From the IMG/VR virus record IMGVR_UViG_3300042881_003221, positions 1-53,616 of that record: DNA of 53,616 nucleotides; one strand, 5' to 3'. Numbering within the stretch: position 1 is the stretch's first letter; each line of letters begins with the position of its first letter. Under the pieces are notes generated by a model. That model did no database searches. It worked only from the letters and a program-made list of their open reading frames with translations, and was not told the origin of the DNA. The translations under genes were made by a program, and so were the position numbers. Origin of the DNA: a virus (taxonomy: Duplodnaviria; Caudoviricetes). Shown one piece after another: positions 25,594 through 35,589 of the stretch.

Positions 25594-26037
25594 GTGGCGT
25601 CTCTCAATCGCATCAAGTTTGATGCGGACAAGATCAAGGAAGGCAAGTGGGTCACGGTGGAAGCGGACGGGGAACCGTTCGATATCCGCACGCGCGGCTT
25701 CACGCCTCGGTATCGTGACGCTCTGTTTCGGCTCCGCATGGATGCGGTTCGTGATATGAACAAGGGACGCGATCCCGGCGCGGAACGGGTGACAGTGGAC
25801 ACGCTGCCACCCACGCATGACGACGCGTGCTACGGACGCGCGCTGGCGGCGGAATGCTTCCTCGACGTGCGAGGCTTGCAGCATTCGGACGGCGGCCCGG
25901 ACGTGACGGCGGATCAGTTCCGCGAAATGCTGCGCGATCCGGAGTTTTGCGGCCCGCTGGTCATCCTCGCCATGGCGGCGGCGGGGCGCGTCACAAACGA
26001 CCGTGATGCACAAATCGAGGCAGCAGCGGGAAACTGA
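25594..26037 (+). CDS. Tail assembly chaperone (G)
   Basis: After the tail tube; ends in the slippery G GGA AAC TGA. Confidence 0.8.
   Translation: MASLNRIKFDADKIKEGKWVTVEADGEPFDIRTRGFTPRYRDALFRLRMDAVRDMNKGRDPGAERVTVDTLPPTHDDACYGRALAAECFLDVRGLQHSDGGPDVTADQFREMLRDPEFCGPLVILAMAAAGRVTNDRDAQIEAAAGN
26028..26034 (+). other. Programmed -1 ribosomal frameshift site GGGAAAC
   Basis: X XXY YYZ heptamer in the correct phase immediately before the stop codon. Confidence 0.85.
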
Positions 26038-26453
26038 CAACCCGCCTTCGCTGGCACCTAAGCGGAGGCGGAACGTCCATCACGCGATTGGCGGAGATCG
26101 AGGCGCTTATCCAAGAGGCCCCGGAAGCGGCCGAAGTGTTCGCGGATGAAATCCAGCAACTCCGCAACGAAGTTGACGACACGCCAGACCCAACCCCGCA
26201 TCTGGACTGGATATGGGAAGCGTGGTGGCGCCTCGGTGACGAGCGGCCGCATATCGTAACGGGCATGTCGGCACCGATGGGCGGATCAATCATTCGTTCC
26301 GTCCCTGGCAAAATCCCGTGGTCCGTCATCGCCCATTGGTGCGACGCTCACGGGCATGGCGACGAAGACCGGGACATCATGGACAGGTGCATCCAGTCCA
26401 TGGATGCGGTCTATCTGCGGTGGTGGACTGAGAAGAATAAGCCGGGGACGTGA
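26028..26453 (+). CDS. Tail assembly chaperone extension (T), via -1 frameshift
   Basis: -1 frame is open from GGG AAA CTG at 26028 into the 26088-26453 ORF (WEAWWRL..R..IPWS.I..W..MD..YL). Confidence 0.8.
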   Translation, partial: GKLTTRLRWHLSGGGTSITRLAEIEALIQEAPEAAEVFADEIQQLRNEVDDTPDPTPHLDWIWEAWWRLGDERPHIVTGMSAPMGGSIIRSVPGKIPWSVIAHWCDAHGHGDEDRDIMDRCIQSMDAVYLRWWTEKNKPGT

Positions 26454-27169
26454 TGGCGAGCAACCACCTGACCGTTGCGCGCACGATCCGGGAATTTGTA
26501 GATGCGACGCTATCCCCGGAAGCCAGCGCGGCGCGGTTTGCTGTGGTGGCACGGGCGCGGCGTGATGAGATAATCCGGTCTGGGCAGGCGTCGGAACGAT
26601 ACGACACGTTCGTTGACGGCCGAGAGGGTGCCAGAGAGGAAACCACGCGGCCCGGCGGCGCGGTCGAGTATCGCTTTAATTCGTGGGGAGAAATCATCCG
26701 CGAGGCGATGCTGCAACTAGCCATGGCGTCCCCGATGGATGACGGCGACTTTGTGCGGGCTTGGACCTTGGCCGTAAACGGCAGGCCATGGACTGGCGAC
26801 TATGAGGACATCCCGTTGAATGCTGACGTGATAATCGTCAACCCGCTTCCATACGCGCGCAAGATCGAGGTCGGCGCCATGACGTTGAGCGTTCCCGCCA
26901 ATCCGATTGAGCGGGCGCGACAAAAGCTCATGCGTCGGTTTCGCGCCGCGTTCTTCAACAAAACCTTCGTGTTCCTGCCGTCATCTTTCGCGACATTGGG
27001 ATACGAAACGCCCTACACCCTGAAGGGCCGATATCACGACAAGTCGTTCATAGCCGGGCGCCGGGAACGTGCCTTCAAATCGGGGCGCCGGTTCCATGCG
27101 CCGGGCAAAAGTCAGCAGCGAGGCCAGCAAGTGACATACCCTGCCCTCGCTATTTCGTTGACGCGCTGA
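26450..27169 (+). CDS. HK97 gp10-like tail completion protein
   Basis: SPMDDGDFVRAW..NPLPYARKIEVG..YPALAI. Confidence 0.65.
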   Translation: MMASNHLTVARTIREFVDATLSPEASAARFAVVARARRDEIIRSGQASERYDTFVDGREGAREETTRPGGAVEYRFNSWGEIIREAMLQLAMASPMDDGDFVRAWTLAVNGRPWTGDYEDIPLNADVIIVNPLPYARKIEVGAMTLSVPANPIERARQKLMRRFRAAFFNKTFVFLPSSFATLGYETPYTLKGRYHDKSFIAGRRERAFKSGRRFHAPGKSQQRGQQVTYPALAISLTR

Positions 27170-30100
27170 TGGCGACGGTAGAAACCCTCCGCGTCGAGTA
27201 TGCCAGCCGCATTGCGGCGCAGGCGAAGGCGGATCAAGACGCTTTGCTTGGCATGGCGAAGGCGATGGAGACGGTCGGCGACAAGGGCAAGGTCACCGAT
27301 GAAGTCTTGAAGCGGTCCACACAGACCTATGGCCGCTTGGTAAAGGACATCGACGGCGTTGCCGCTGCGACCACAAAGTTGGAGCGCGCGGAAACCGCAC
27401 ATGCGACCCGCGTCAATGTCGTCATGGATGCGTATCGTCGTGGTGAAATCACGCTGGCCAAGGCGCAGCAAGATATCGCCCGGCTGAACGCCAACTTTGA
27501 GCAAACCACCAACAAGATCGTCGCCTCTGGCAAAGCCATAGAGGAACGCTTCACCCCACCCCTGCAACGCAGCGTAGCGGGGATGAAATCCGCCACGGAT
27601 GCGTCACGATCCTTTGCGGAACAAACCGGCCAGACCACCAGCGCAATTCGCCAGATGGGTATGCAACAAGGCGGGCTGGTAGGTGCGTTTGCCACGGGCG
27701 GCGTGTTCGCCGTCGGCATGGCGGCCGCAACGGCGGCGGTTGCCGCATTCGGAACGGCCATGCGTGCCATTCCCGTTGCAGGCGACGCGGCCCGCGCTTC
27801 GATCGCGCGCCTGTCGGCAACGGTCGGCGACATGGGCGTTGCGTCCACCGTGTTTGACAAGCTGACCGCATCCTCTCGCCAGACAGGCATCGCGGTCGCG
27901 GAAAGCGCCGGATCGTTCCAGCGGTTTTCGATCGCCGCGAGTGACGTGGGCGCGACGAATGAGCAGGTTCTAAGCCTCGTTGCCGGCTTGCAAAAGTTCG
28001 CCATCGTATCGGGCGCATCGGTGCAAGAAACCGGCGCGGCGACCCAGCAGCTTGGCCAAGCGTTGGCCTCTGGCGTTCTGCAAGGCGACGAACTGCGGTC
28101 CATCCTTGAAAATATGCCGCTGTTCGCTCAATCCCTTGCGCGGGAATTGGGCACTTCGATCGGCAACCTTCGCACGATAGGCGCGGAAGGCAAGCTGACG
28201 GCCGAGGTTGTGTTCCCCGCCATGCTGCGCGCGGTGCAAGGCGTCGATGACGTGTTCGGGCAGATGCCTGTCACGATGGCGCGGGCGCAGCAGCAATTCG
28301 ACGTTGCCGCGCAGTCCTTCCTTGTCCATCTGGATCAGGCGTTGGGCTTTAGCGAAAAGCTGACGCGCGCCTTGCAGATCGCCGCCAACATGGTGGACAA
28401 AATCAGAGGCTTTGCCGGCGGCGCAACGGGTGCCGAACGGATGGCGGAGTTGGTTGCCGGCGTGGCCACCGGATCGGCAACGGTATCGGCCTATGACCAA
28501 GCCATCCAGGACGCGCGGAACGCCAACGCGGACCCGCAGGCGATTGCCGGGCTGGAGCGGACGCGCAATGACGCTGCCGCAGAGCTTCGCAAATTCCGAG
28601 ACGAGCTAGGCCAGATCAACAAGGAGGCCGTCCTACGCGACGAAGCCGAATGGGAAATCGCCTCCGAGAAAAGGCTCTCCGCCGAAAACGCGGCCCATTC
28701 CAAGTCTGTGCAGGAGTTGAAGCGTAAATACGACGCTCAATACAAGATCGAGAGCGAGTATACAACCGAACTGGCCAAACTAGACAAGGCGCGCAACACG
28801 GGCGCCGTCTCGGAAGTCGATTACTTGAAGATCAGCACAGGTCTTTTGAAGGAGCGCGACGAAGCCCTCGGCAAGCTGAACAAAACCGAGGATGTGCGAC
28901 GCGCCGGCATTGACCGGACCACGAATAGCATTCGGCAGTTGGTTGATAAAAGCGTCGAGCAGGCCCGCAAGGAACAGGACCAACTCCATCAACAAATCCG
29001 CGCGGCCGAGGAAACCGCCGGGTCGCAAGAGCGCATCGCCGCTGCCTACGATGGCACGGCTGAAAGCATCACGCGCGCGGCCAATGAGGAAAAGGCGTTC
29101 ACCGCCGTCCGGGATAAATTCGAGGAAGGATCAACCGAGGCAGCGGCGGCGCAACGCCGCTACGCCGATGCCTTGAACCGTAGCAGCGACGCAACGAAGG
29201 AACTGGATCAGGCTCAACGCTCGGTTTCGGCCATCATGGATACGCTGTCCAATGCGGCCGATCGTGTTGGGCAGGCGCTTGTTGATGCGTTCATTTCTGG
29301 CAGCGGCCGCGCGGTGAATTTCGGCAACGTCGTGCGCGGCGTTGTGGCGTCCGTCGTGACGGACTTTGTGAAGCTGGCCGCGATCAACCCGCTTCGGAAC
29401 GCGTTGTTTGGCGGCGGTGCCCCCACCCTGTCCGCCGGCCTAGGTGTCCTGACAGGCGGCAACGCTGGCGTTTCGGCGTCGGCAACCGGCGGCTTGAACA
29501 TCATGAACGCGGCGTCGAATGTCTCGACGTTCGGCGGGATCACGGATGCGCTTGGGCTGACGGACTTTGCCGGCCGGCTGTCTGGCATTGGTGAATACCT
29601 CGGCCTCACGGGCAGCAATGGCATCCTCGGGAACATCGGCGGCGGGATCAGTAGCCTGCTGTCCACCGGGATCAATGGCGTAAGCCTCGGCACAGCCACT
29701 AACACGGCACTCGCGGGTATGGGTGGTGCATTCGGCCCGGCCGCGCCTTCGTCCGTCCTGGCCGCGCAGGGCGGCGCCACGATCGGCGGCGTCCTGTCTG
29801 GCGTGGGCTTGGGCTTTGGCGCTGGGTCGCTTGCTGGCGGGTTCCTGCAATCCTCTCTTGGCAAGGTTGGCCCCGCGCCGACGATTGGGGCGGGTCTGGG
29901 GGCGGCTGGCGGTGCGGCGCTAGGCTCCATCATTCCCGGCATCGGCACCGTTCTAGGCGGCCTCCTAGGCGGCCTATTGGGCGGCGGCGGCGGCGGCCTG
30001 ATCGGTCCTAGGGCCGCAAGCCCGTTCTCCGCCACAGGACTAAACGCGACGGACGGAATGCTCTCCGTTGGCCAGACATTTTCCCAAATCGTCGACGTAA

Positions 30101-31350
30101 GCCAAGAGGTCGCGACGCTGCAACAGCAGACGGCGCAAATCAACTCCATCCTCGCGGCCAGCAACCTCCGCATTGCGAATGCCGTATCCGCCGACAACTA
30201 CGGCCAGACCCGCATCATCGGCGGCAATACCGGCACGTGGCTGAATTTCGGACAGGGTGACGGCCGGCCCGGTTCCATCGCTGATGCGTTCTCGGAATTG
30301 CGGTTCAGCAGCACGGAAGACACGCTCAACCGCGCGTTGCAGGGCAAGGCGTTTGCCAACCTTGAAGAACTGCAATCGACCGTCTCCCGCATCACGACGT
30401 TCGTCAACGATACGGCGCCTGCGCTGATCGCCCTCGGCAAGACTGAGACCACCTATGGCGTCGGATCGCTCGCGGCGACGATCACGGAATTGAGCCGTCA
30501 GTTTGATGACGCAATCGCAATGGCGCGCGAGCTTGGCCATGAGGAAGATGCACTCACGGCCGCGCGTGCTACGGCGATTGCCACGGCGCAGAAATCCGTG
30601 AACGAGGTCATGGATCAGTCCAAGATGGGCTTCGATCTGCGCTACTGGCAGGCCAAGGCGACAAACGACAACGACCCGCGCCTCGCCTTCGATGCCTCGC
30701 TTGTGGCATTCGACGTGCGCGCTGGGCAGGAGCGTGCCGCGTTCGAGGCGCAGTTGCTTGGCATCCTCGGCGACAGCGGCAGAACATCCGCGCTCTATCT
30801 GGATCAGATGGCGCAGCTTGACCGGGTGCTTTACGAGGAACGCCTCACCCTCCTAACCCAATTCAACTCCCAAGCCCTGCAATCCGACCAATCCTCGCTG
30901 GCGGCCCGTGCGCGCGGGGAGCAAAGCGCGCTGGCCACGATCACGTCCATTGCCGACTACGCCGCATCTTTGCCCTTTAGCGACAAATCCCCCATGACCG
31001 GCCGGGCGCAATACAGCCTCGCCCTCGGCAACTTCCAGTCGATCGCGGCTGGCATAGGCGAAGGCGACTTTAATGCACTCTCGCAGCTACCGGCGGCGGC
31101 GGATCAGCTTCTAGGGTCGTCGCGAAACCTGTTCGGCTCTGGCCAGCAATACGCGACAGACTTTGCCTCCGTGCAAGCCGTGCTTCGCGGTGCCGTGTCG
31201 CAGTCGCCAGAGGATATAGTTGCGGCTGCCATCCGCGCATCGGAGGCGCAACAAACGGCGGTGTTGGGCGGGCTGATTGAGAAGATGGTCGAGAAGCTTG
31301 ACGCCATCCTGGCCGAGACCCGCTTGCAGGCGATGCGGCCAGCGGCATGA
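27169..31350 (+). CDS. Tape measure protein
   Basis: 1393 aa, Ala/Gly-rich helical; QLGQALASGVLQGDELRSILEN tape-measure motif. Confidence 0.95.
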   Translation: MATVETLRVEYASRIAAQAKADQDALLGMAKAMETVGDKGKVTDEVLKRSTQTYGRLVKDIDGVAAATTKLERAETAHATRVNVVMDAYRRGEITLAKAQQDIARLNANFEQTTNKIVASGKAIEERFTPPLQRSVAGMKSATDASRSFAEQTGQTTSAIRQMGMQQGGLVGAFATGGVFAVGMAAATAAVAAFGTAMRAIPVAGDAARASIARLSATVGDMGVASTVFDKLTASSRQTGIAVAESAGSFQRFSIAASDVGATNEQVLSLVAGLQKFAIVSGASVQETGAATQQLGQALASGVLQGDELRSILENMPLFAQSLARELGTSIGNLRTIGAEGKLTAEVVFPAMLRAVQGVDDVFGQMPVTMARAQQQFDVAAQSFLVHLDQALGFSEKLTRALQIAANMVDKIRGFAGGATGAERMAELVAGVATGSATVSAYDQAIQDARNANADPQAIAGLERTRNDAAAELRKFRDELGQINKEAVLRDEAEWEIASEKRLSAENAAHSKSVQELKRKYDAQYKIESEYTTELAKLDKARNTGAVSEVDYLKISTGLLKERDEALGKLNKTEDVRRAGIDRTTNSIRQLVDKSVEQARKEQDQLHQQIRAAEETAGSQERIAAAYDGTAESITRAANEEKAFTAVRDKFEEGSTEAAAAQRRYADALNRSSDATKELDQAQRSVSAIMDTLSNAADRVGQALVDAFISGSGRAVNFGNVVRGVVASVVTDFVKLAAINPLRNALFGGGAPTLSAGLGVLTGGNAGVSASATGGLNIMNAASNVSTFGGITDALGLTDFAGRLSGIGEYLGLTGSNGILGNIGGGISSLLSTGINGVSLGTATNTALAGMGGAFGPAAPSSVLAAQGGATIGGVLSGVGLGFGAGSLAGGFLQSSLGKVGPAPTIGAGLGAAGGAALGSIIPGIGTVLGGLLGGLLGGGGGGLIGPRAASPFSATGLNATDGMLSVGQTFSQIVDVSQEVATLQQQTAQINSILAASNLRIANAVSADNYGQTRIIGGNTGTWLNFGQGDGRPGSIADAFSELRFSSTEDTLNRALQGKAFANLEELQSTVSRITTFVNDTAPALIALGKTETTYGVGSLAATITELSRQFDDAIAMARELGHEEDALTAARATAIATAQKSVNEVMDQSKMGFDLRYWQAKATNDNDPRLAFDASLVAFDVRAGQERAAFEAQLLGILGDSGRTSALYLDQMAQLDRVLYEERLTLLTQFNSQALQSDQSSLAARARGEQSALATITSIADYAASLPFSDKSPMTGRAQYSLALGNFQSIAAGIGEGDFNALSQLPAAADQLLGSSRNLFGSGQQYATDFASVQAVLRGAVSQSPEDIVAAAIRASEAQQTAVLGGLIEKMVEKLDAILAETRLQAMRPAA

Positions 31351-33716
31351 CAACCAAGCCGTTCTTCGTCGCTACGGTGGATATGTTCCAACCGGCCGGC
31401 GATACGCAAGAGTATGAGCTTGCCTGGGGTGCCGTGCCGTGGGGTTCGATTTCCATGGACGTGGAACCGACCGAAACAACCGGGACGCTCTACCTGTCAG
31501 ACGACGGCTACACGACGAAATCCACGGACGCGGGCGGCGTTGTCGTCTACCCGCCCAAAATCGCCGCGTCGTTCGGGATTGACCGGCAAATCCCTCTCCC
31601 GCCGGGTGACGGCGCCGGTTCATGGTCGTTCGGATCGCTCGAAGTCACGGATACGGATGACGCGGTTTCGTCGCTTCTCCGTTCGTGGAACATCGACGCG
31701 CAAAACGTCACGATCAAGCGCGGCACAAAGACCTTTGAGGCATTCGACGGCTACCGATCGAACCGGCAAACCAAGGGCTGGTATGTAGACGTTGCCGGCG
31801 TGTTGCAGGAAGCGCCGGCTGGCGTGATCCGATGGGACTATTCCACCGGCACGCGGACGTTGCTCAATGAAGCGGCGTCAACGAACCACATTGCCAACCC
31901 ACGGGCGGAAGGCGCGGTTGCGGGATCGCCTGGCACAGTCCCAACCGGGTGGACGGTCTCAGGGTCATCCAGCGGCATCACGCGCACGATCGCGGGCGTG
32001 GGCACTGACGACGGTATCCCGTATGTGGATGTTCGGCTTGTCGGCACCGCATCGGCAGGCGTGATATTCCAGATCGTTTTCGTATCAGCCACGTCCGTTG
32101 CAGCGGCGGTAGGCGAGACGTGGGCTTGTGCTGTTTACGCCAAGGTAGCGGCCGGCGCGGTGACTGGCACAACCTATGCCGTCAATCTCTTGGAAGCCGG
32201 CGGGTCGTCTACCCCATCGACATCTCAGACTTTCACCCCCACGACTGCCGACCTGTATACCCAACGGATCAGCGTAACTCGCACGGTTACAGTCGCCAAC
32301 ACGGCTTATATTCGGGGCCGCATTCTGGTGACCGTGACGAACGGCGCAACCATCGACGTGACGATACGGGTTGGCGCACCGCAGATGGAGAAAGCCTCCG
32401 CAATCAGTTCGGTGATCCTGCCGGCTGTCTCTACGCCAGCCGTCACAAGCCGCGACATGGAACGCCTCTACACCGCGCGCCACATATGGACATCGCCCGC
32501 GCTGGCGTCTCTCGAAACGGTGTTTACAGGCGTCGCGGGAACCTGGATTGCCGCCGACCGATCGGTTGTCATCCCCATTAGGGATATCTCATATTGGTTG
32601 GAGCGCCCGATCCAGTCGGCGGTTTACGGCGGCACCGGGACGTATGACGGGACGGCGGAGCTTGCCGGCGTCACACTGCCGAAACTGCGGGGCAAGGCTT
32701 ACAACATTGCGCCGGTTCTGATCGACCCGACCAACCTGATCTATCAATACAACGACGCAGCCGGAACGGTTGTTGCGCTGTATGAGCGAGGTGCAACCGG
32801 CGCGTCTGGCATCGTGTTTCAGGCCAACACGACGGACCTATACACAGGGACCACGAACGCAGGCGAATACCGAACCGACAACAGCCGTGGCCTGTTCCAG
32901 CTTGGTAGCCCCCCGGTTGGCCAGATCACCCTAACCGCAACCGGCCAATTCCCGATCGCTGGCAACATCACCAATCTGGCCAGCATCGCCCGCTACCTGC
33001 AATCCGAGGATGCGGCGGTGCCGTCCGGGTTCATGAACACCACATCCTACAGCGACGCGGCGACCGCGTATCCGTATGCGGGCGGTATATACATCGCCGC
33101 CGGCTCTGGTATGACCGCGCGGGCTGCCGTGGCTTATGTCCTGTCATCCTTCGCGGCAAAGAATAACGTCGGGCGCGACGGGCGATCCACGGTCCTGGCG
33201 CTCCGCGCGGCGTCTCTCTCCGCCACGCCAACGGCGGCGCTCAACGAATACACGGCCAAGACTGTCCGGCCGATCGAGTTGCCGTCGTCACTGTCCCCGC
33301 CCCCCTACCGCATCCGAGTAGCCTACCAGCAGAACTACACGATACAGACCGACGCATCCGAATTGGCAACCGACACCCACCGCGAGTTCATCGCCCAGGC
33401 GGCCAGGTTCAAGTCGGTATCCAACGCCGCGATCCTGGCCGCATACCGCCGGCCTAACGACCTTCTGCCGTTCGGTGGCGGGTTGGATAGCGCAACCGAC
33501 GCGGCGACGGTGGCGAGCGAAATAGAGGCGCTGTGGTGCACGTCACGATCGGCGTATCTTGTAGAAGTGCCGATTGAAATCGGGTTGGGCTTGGACCTAG
33601 GCCAAACAGTCTTGCTGACATGGTCCAGCGCGTTCCTGCGCCTCGGCCAGCGGGGATTGATTGTGTCGGAGCAGTTCCGCTCACAGGAAGATATCACATT
33701 CATGGTGCTGGTCTGA
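31347..33716 (+). CDS. Tail tip/hub protein with inserted carbohydrate-binding-like domain
   Basis: Follows the TMP; YGGTG..G..LPKLRG...NI.PVLID..YQ; ~245-aa insert at ~31741-32474. Confidence 0.7.
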   Translation: MTTKPFFVATVDMFQPAGDTQEYELAWGAVPWGSISMDVEPTETTGTLYLSDDGYTTKSTDAGGVVVYPPKIAASFGIDRQIPLPPGDGAGSWSFGSLEVTDTDDAVSSLLRSWNIDAQNVTIKRGTKTFEAFDGYRSNRQTKGWYVDVAGVLQEAPAGVIRWDYSTGTRTLLNEAASTNHIANPRAEGAVAGSPGTVPTGWTVSGSSSGITRTIAGVGTDDGIPYVDVRLVGTASAGVIFQIVFVSATSVAAAVGETWACAVYAKVAAGAVTGTTYAVNLLEAGGSSTPSTSQTFTPTTADLYTQRISVTRTVTVANTAYIRGRILVTVTNGATIDVTIRVGAPQMEKASAISSVILPAVSTPAVTSRDMERLYTARHIWTSPALASLETVFTGVAGTWIAADRSVVIPIRDISYWLERPIQSAVYGGTGTYDGTAELAGVTLPKLRGKAYNIAPVLIDPTNLIYQYNDAAGTVVALYERGATGASGIVFQANTTDLYTGTTNAGEYRTDNSRGLFQLGSPPVGQITLTATGQFPIAGNITNLASIARYLQSEDAAVPSGFMNTTSYSDAATAYPYAGGIYIAAGSGMTARAAVAYVLSSFAAKNNVGRDGRSTVLALRAASLSATPTAALNEYTAKTVRPIELPSSLSPPPYRIRVAYQQNYTIQTDASELATDTHREFIAQAARFKSVSNAAILAAYRRPNDLLPFGGGLDSATDAATVASEIEALWCTSRSAYLVEVPIEIGLGLDLGQTVLLTWSSAFLRLGQRGLIVSEQFRSQEDITFMVLV

Positions 33717-34528
33717 TGGGTGTCACCGCGTTCGGGTATCAAAACTACGTCAAGGACGCGGTGATCGCCGCGAACAGCGTGGACGATACCGCCACGGGGC
33801 TGGACCCGGATCAGGTGGCCAACGATCAGGGATCGCCGCAATACGCCTGGCAGACGGCGGCCGGTGGATTGTCGCAGGCTACCGGGGCACTCATCAAGAT
33901 CACGCCTCGCACCCCGGCGCAAACATGGCGCGCGGTCGGGTTGTTCCGGACAAATCTCACCACGGCCGCGACTGTCAATATCGGGCTTTGGAACGACAAC
34001 AACGGGTCGCCAGTCGGCGTATATTCAACCACGATCGCGGGTCCGCCGGCCGGCTATCAGCAGGTGGTGCACGTCCTGCCCTCCGCCACAACGGCTGACT
34101 TCCTGCAAATCGTCATCACGGACACCGGCAATCCCGACAACCATATCAACGTGCCGCTGATCTTTGCAGGCCCGCTCTGGCTCCCGCAATACGGCCGAAC
34201 CTATCGTTCCGGTTTCGGCCGCACTGATCGGACGGACCAACAGCAAACCCAAGGCGGGCAAGAGTTCCCCATGCACCGCTGGCAAAAGCGGTTCGTCACC
34301 ATCGACCTTGATAGCACTTCGACTGCAACCGAGGTCTGGCAGTATGCCATGGAAATCGACCGCCTTGCGCGCCTCGGGGGGAACATCCTCGCCATTCCGA
34401 ATGTGGACAGCGCAGACATCAACTACGAAGCGGTGTTTGGCCAACTTTCCACGTCGGACCAAATGAACTACGGGCTACGCACCGCCGCGCGCGTGGCCTG
34501 GAATGCTCGCATCTTGGAGCGCATCTGA
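33716..34528 (+). CDS. Distal tail protein (Dit)-like
   Basis: AGPLWLP..G..D......GGQEF....R...I.L pattern, with an N-terminal beta domain. Confidence 0.6.
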   Translation: MGVTAFGYQNYVKDAVIAANSVDDTATGLDPDQVANDQGSPQYAWQTAAGGLSQATGALIKITPRTPAQTWRAVGLFRTNLTTAATVNIGLWNDNNGSPVGVYSTTIAGPPAGYQQVVHVLPSATTADFLQIVITDTGNPDNHINVPLIFAGPLWLPQYGRTYRSGFGRTDRTDQQQTQGGQEFPMHRWQKRFVTIDLDSTSTATEVWQYAMEIDRLARLGGNILAIPNVDSADINYEAVFGQLSTSDQMNYGLRTAARVAWNARILERI

Positions 34529-35130
34529 TGGCTGGCCTAGCTGACTATGTAAAGGAAACGGCGTCCGCGCCGGGCACTTCAACGACCTTCAACCTTGGCG
34601 GTGCAACGGCGCCGTTCGTTACGTTCGCCTCGGTGTTCGGCAACGGCACGACGCCATACTATTTCATGCGCGACGCGACGCAGTGGGAGGCCGGCGAAAG
34701 CACGCTTACGCATGGATCGCCAAACACGCTGTCTCGCACGACGGTTCTTGCCAACTCGGCAGGAACCACGGCGAAACTGAACTTCGCAGGCACCACGACG
34801 GTCTATTGCGCCCTTCCCGCGTCGAAGGCGATCAGGCTTGACCAATTCAATCAGGCTACCGGGGCCGAGGGTTTCGTTGCGCTTCCGGGCGGTATTATCT
34901 ATCAGTGGGGGCCGGTTGACGTGACGACGGATGGCAGCGGCAACGCGACATTCTCGTTTGGGCAGGTGTTCCCCACCGCTTGCTGGCAGGTGATTGTTAG
35001 CAACGGGAACGCAACGACAAGCTCTAGCATCGTCAACTTGATTGGCAAGAACACAAGCCAAGCGCAGGTGAATTGCCCAACCCGATTGGGCGGCACATAC
35101 ACAGTCAGCTACCTAGCGATCGGGAACTAA
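34528..35130 (+). CDS. Tail fibre protein with gp53-like C-terminal domain
   Basis: LADYVKET..QWEAG..LSRTTVLANS..NF; GFVALPGGIIYQWG..FPTAC..YLAIGN. Confidence 0.8.
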   Translation: MAGLADYVKETASAPGTSTTFNLGGATAPFVTFASVFGNGTTPYYFMRDATQWEAGESTLTHGSPNTLSRTTVLANSAGTTAKLNFAGTTTVYCALPASKAIRLDQFNQATGAEGFVALPGGIIYQWGPVDVTTDGSGNATFSFGQVFPTACWQVIVSNGNATTSSSIVNLIGKNTSQAQVNCPTRLGGTYTVSYLAIGN

Positions 35131-35133
35131 CTG

Positions 35134-35589
35134 ATGGCCAGCGAACCGAAACAGATCATCGAATTTCCAGCCGGCGGAGCCATATCCGGCACCGACGTGA
35201 TGCTTGTGCAGCAAGGCCCGCTCGGAACGCCGCTCACCCACATTCAGCTAAGCGCCTTGGTGCAACAGGTCCTCGGCACATCGGGGCAATTCCTGGTCCC
35301 GCTAGAACCGGACAGCGAGAATGTCTACCTCAACGCAGCCCAGCACAACGAACGGCTGCTAACGATCACGCGGGCAAACACCTTCATCACCGCCACGGCA
35401 TTCTCCGCGCTCGGGTCTGGTTTCAACGCTGTGGTGTGGAACCGTTCGGGCGGCGTGGTGACATTCTCGGGGACGTTCTCAAACGGCTACGGCCATACAA
35501 GGCTTGCCGCTGGCGGTGTTGCTGCTGTCATGGCCGCAACGGATAGCAGCGGGTCCGCAATTAATTGGAGCGGAGGCCCGTCGTCGTGA
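35134..35589 (+). CDS. Putative fibre/appendage protein
   Basis: I.EFPA..ISGTD...VQQG; LGSGFN..VWN.SGG.VTF motif typical of fibre proteins. Confidence 0.6.
   Translation: MASEPKQIIEFPAGGAISGTDVMLVQQGPLGTPLTHIQLSALVQQVLGTSGQFLVPLEPDSENVYLNAAQHNERLLTITRANTFITATAFSALGSGFNAVVWNRSGGVVTFSGTFSNGYGHTRLAAGGVAAVMAATDSSGSAINWSGGPSS

Noticed and set aside
31741-32474. Intein in the hub protein
   Set aside because: No N-terminal Cys/Ser block or C-terminal His-Asn; the insert resembles a carbohydrate-binding/fibre domain.
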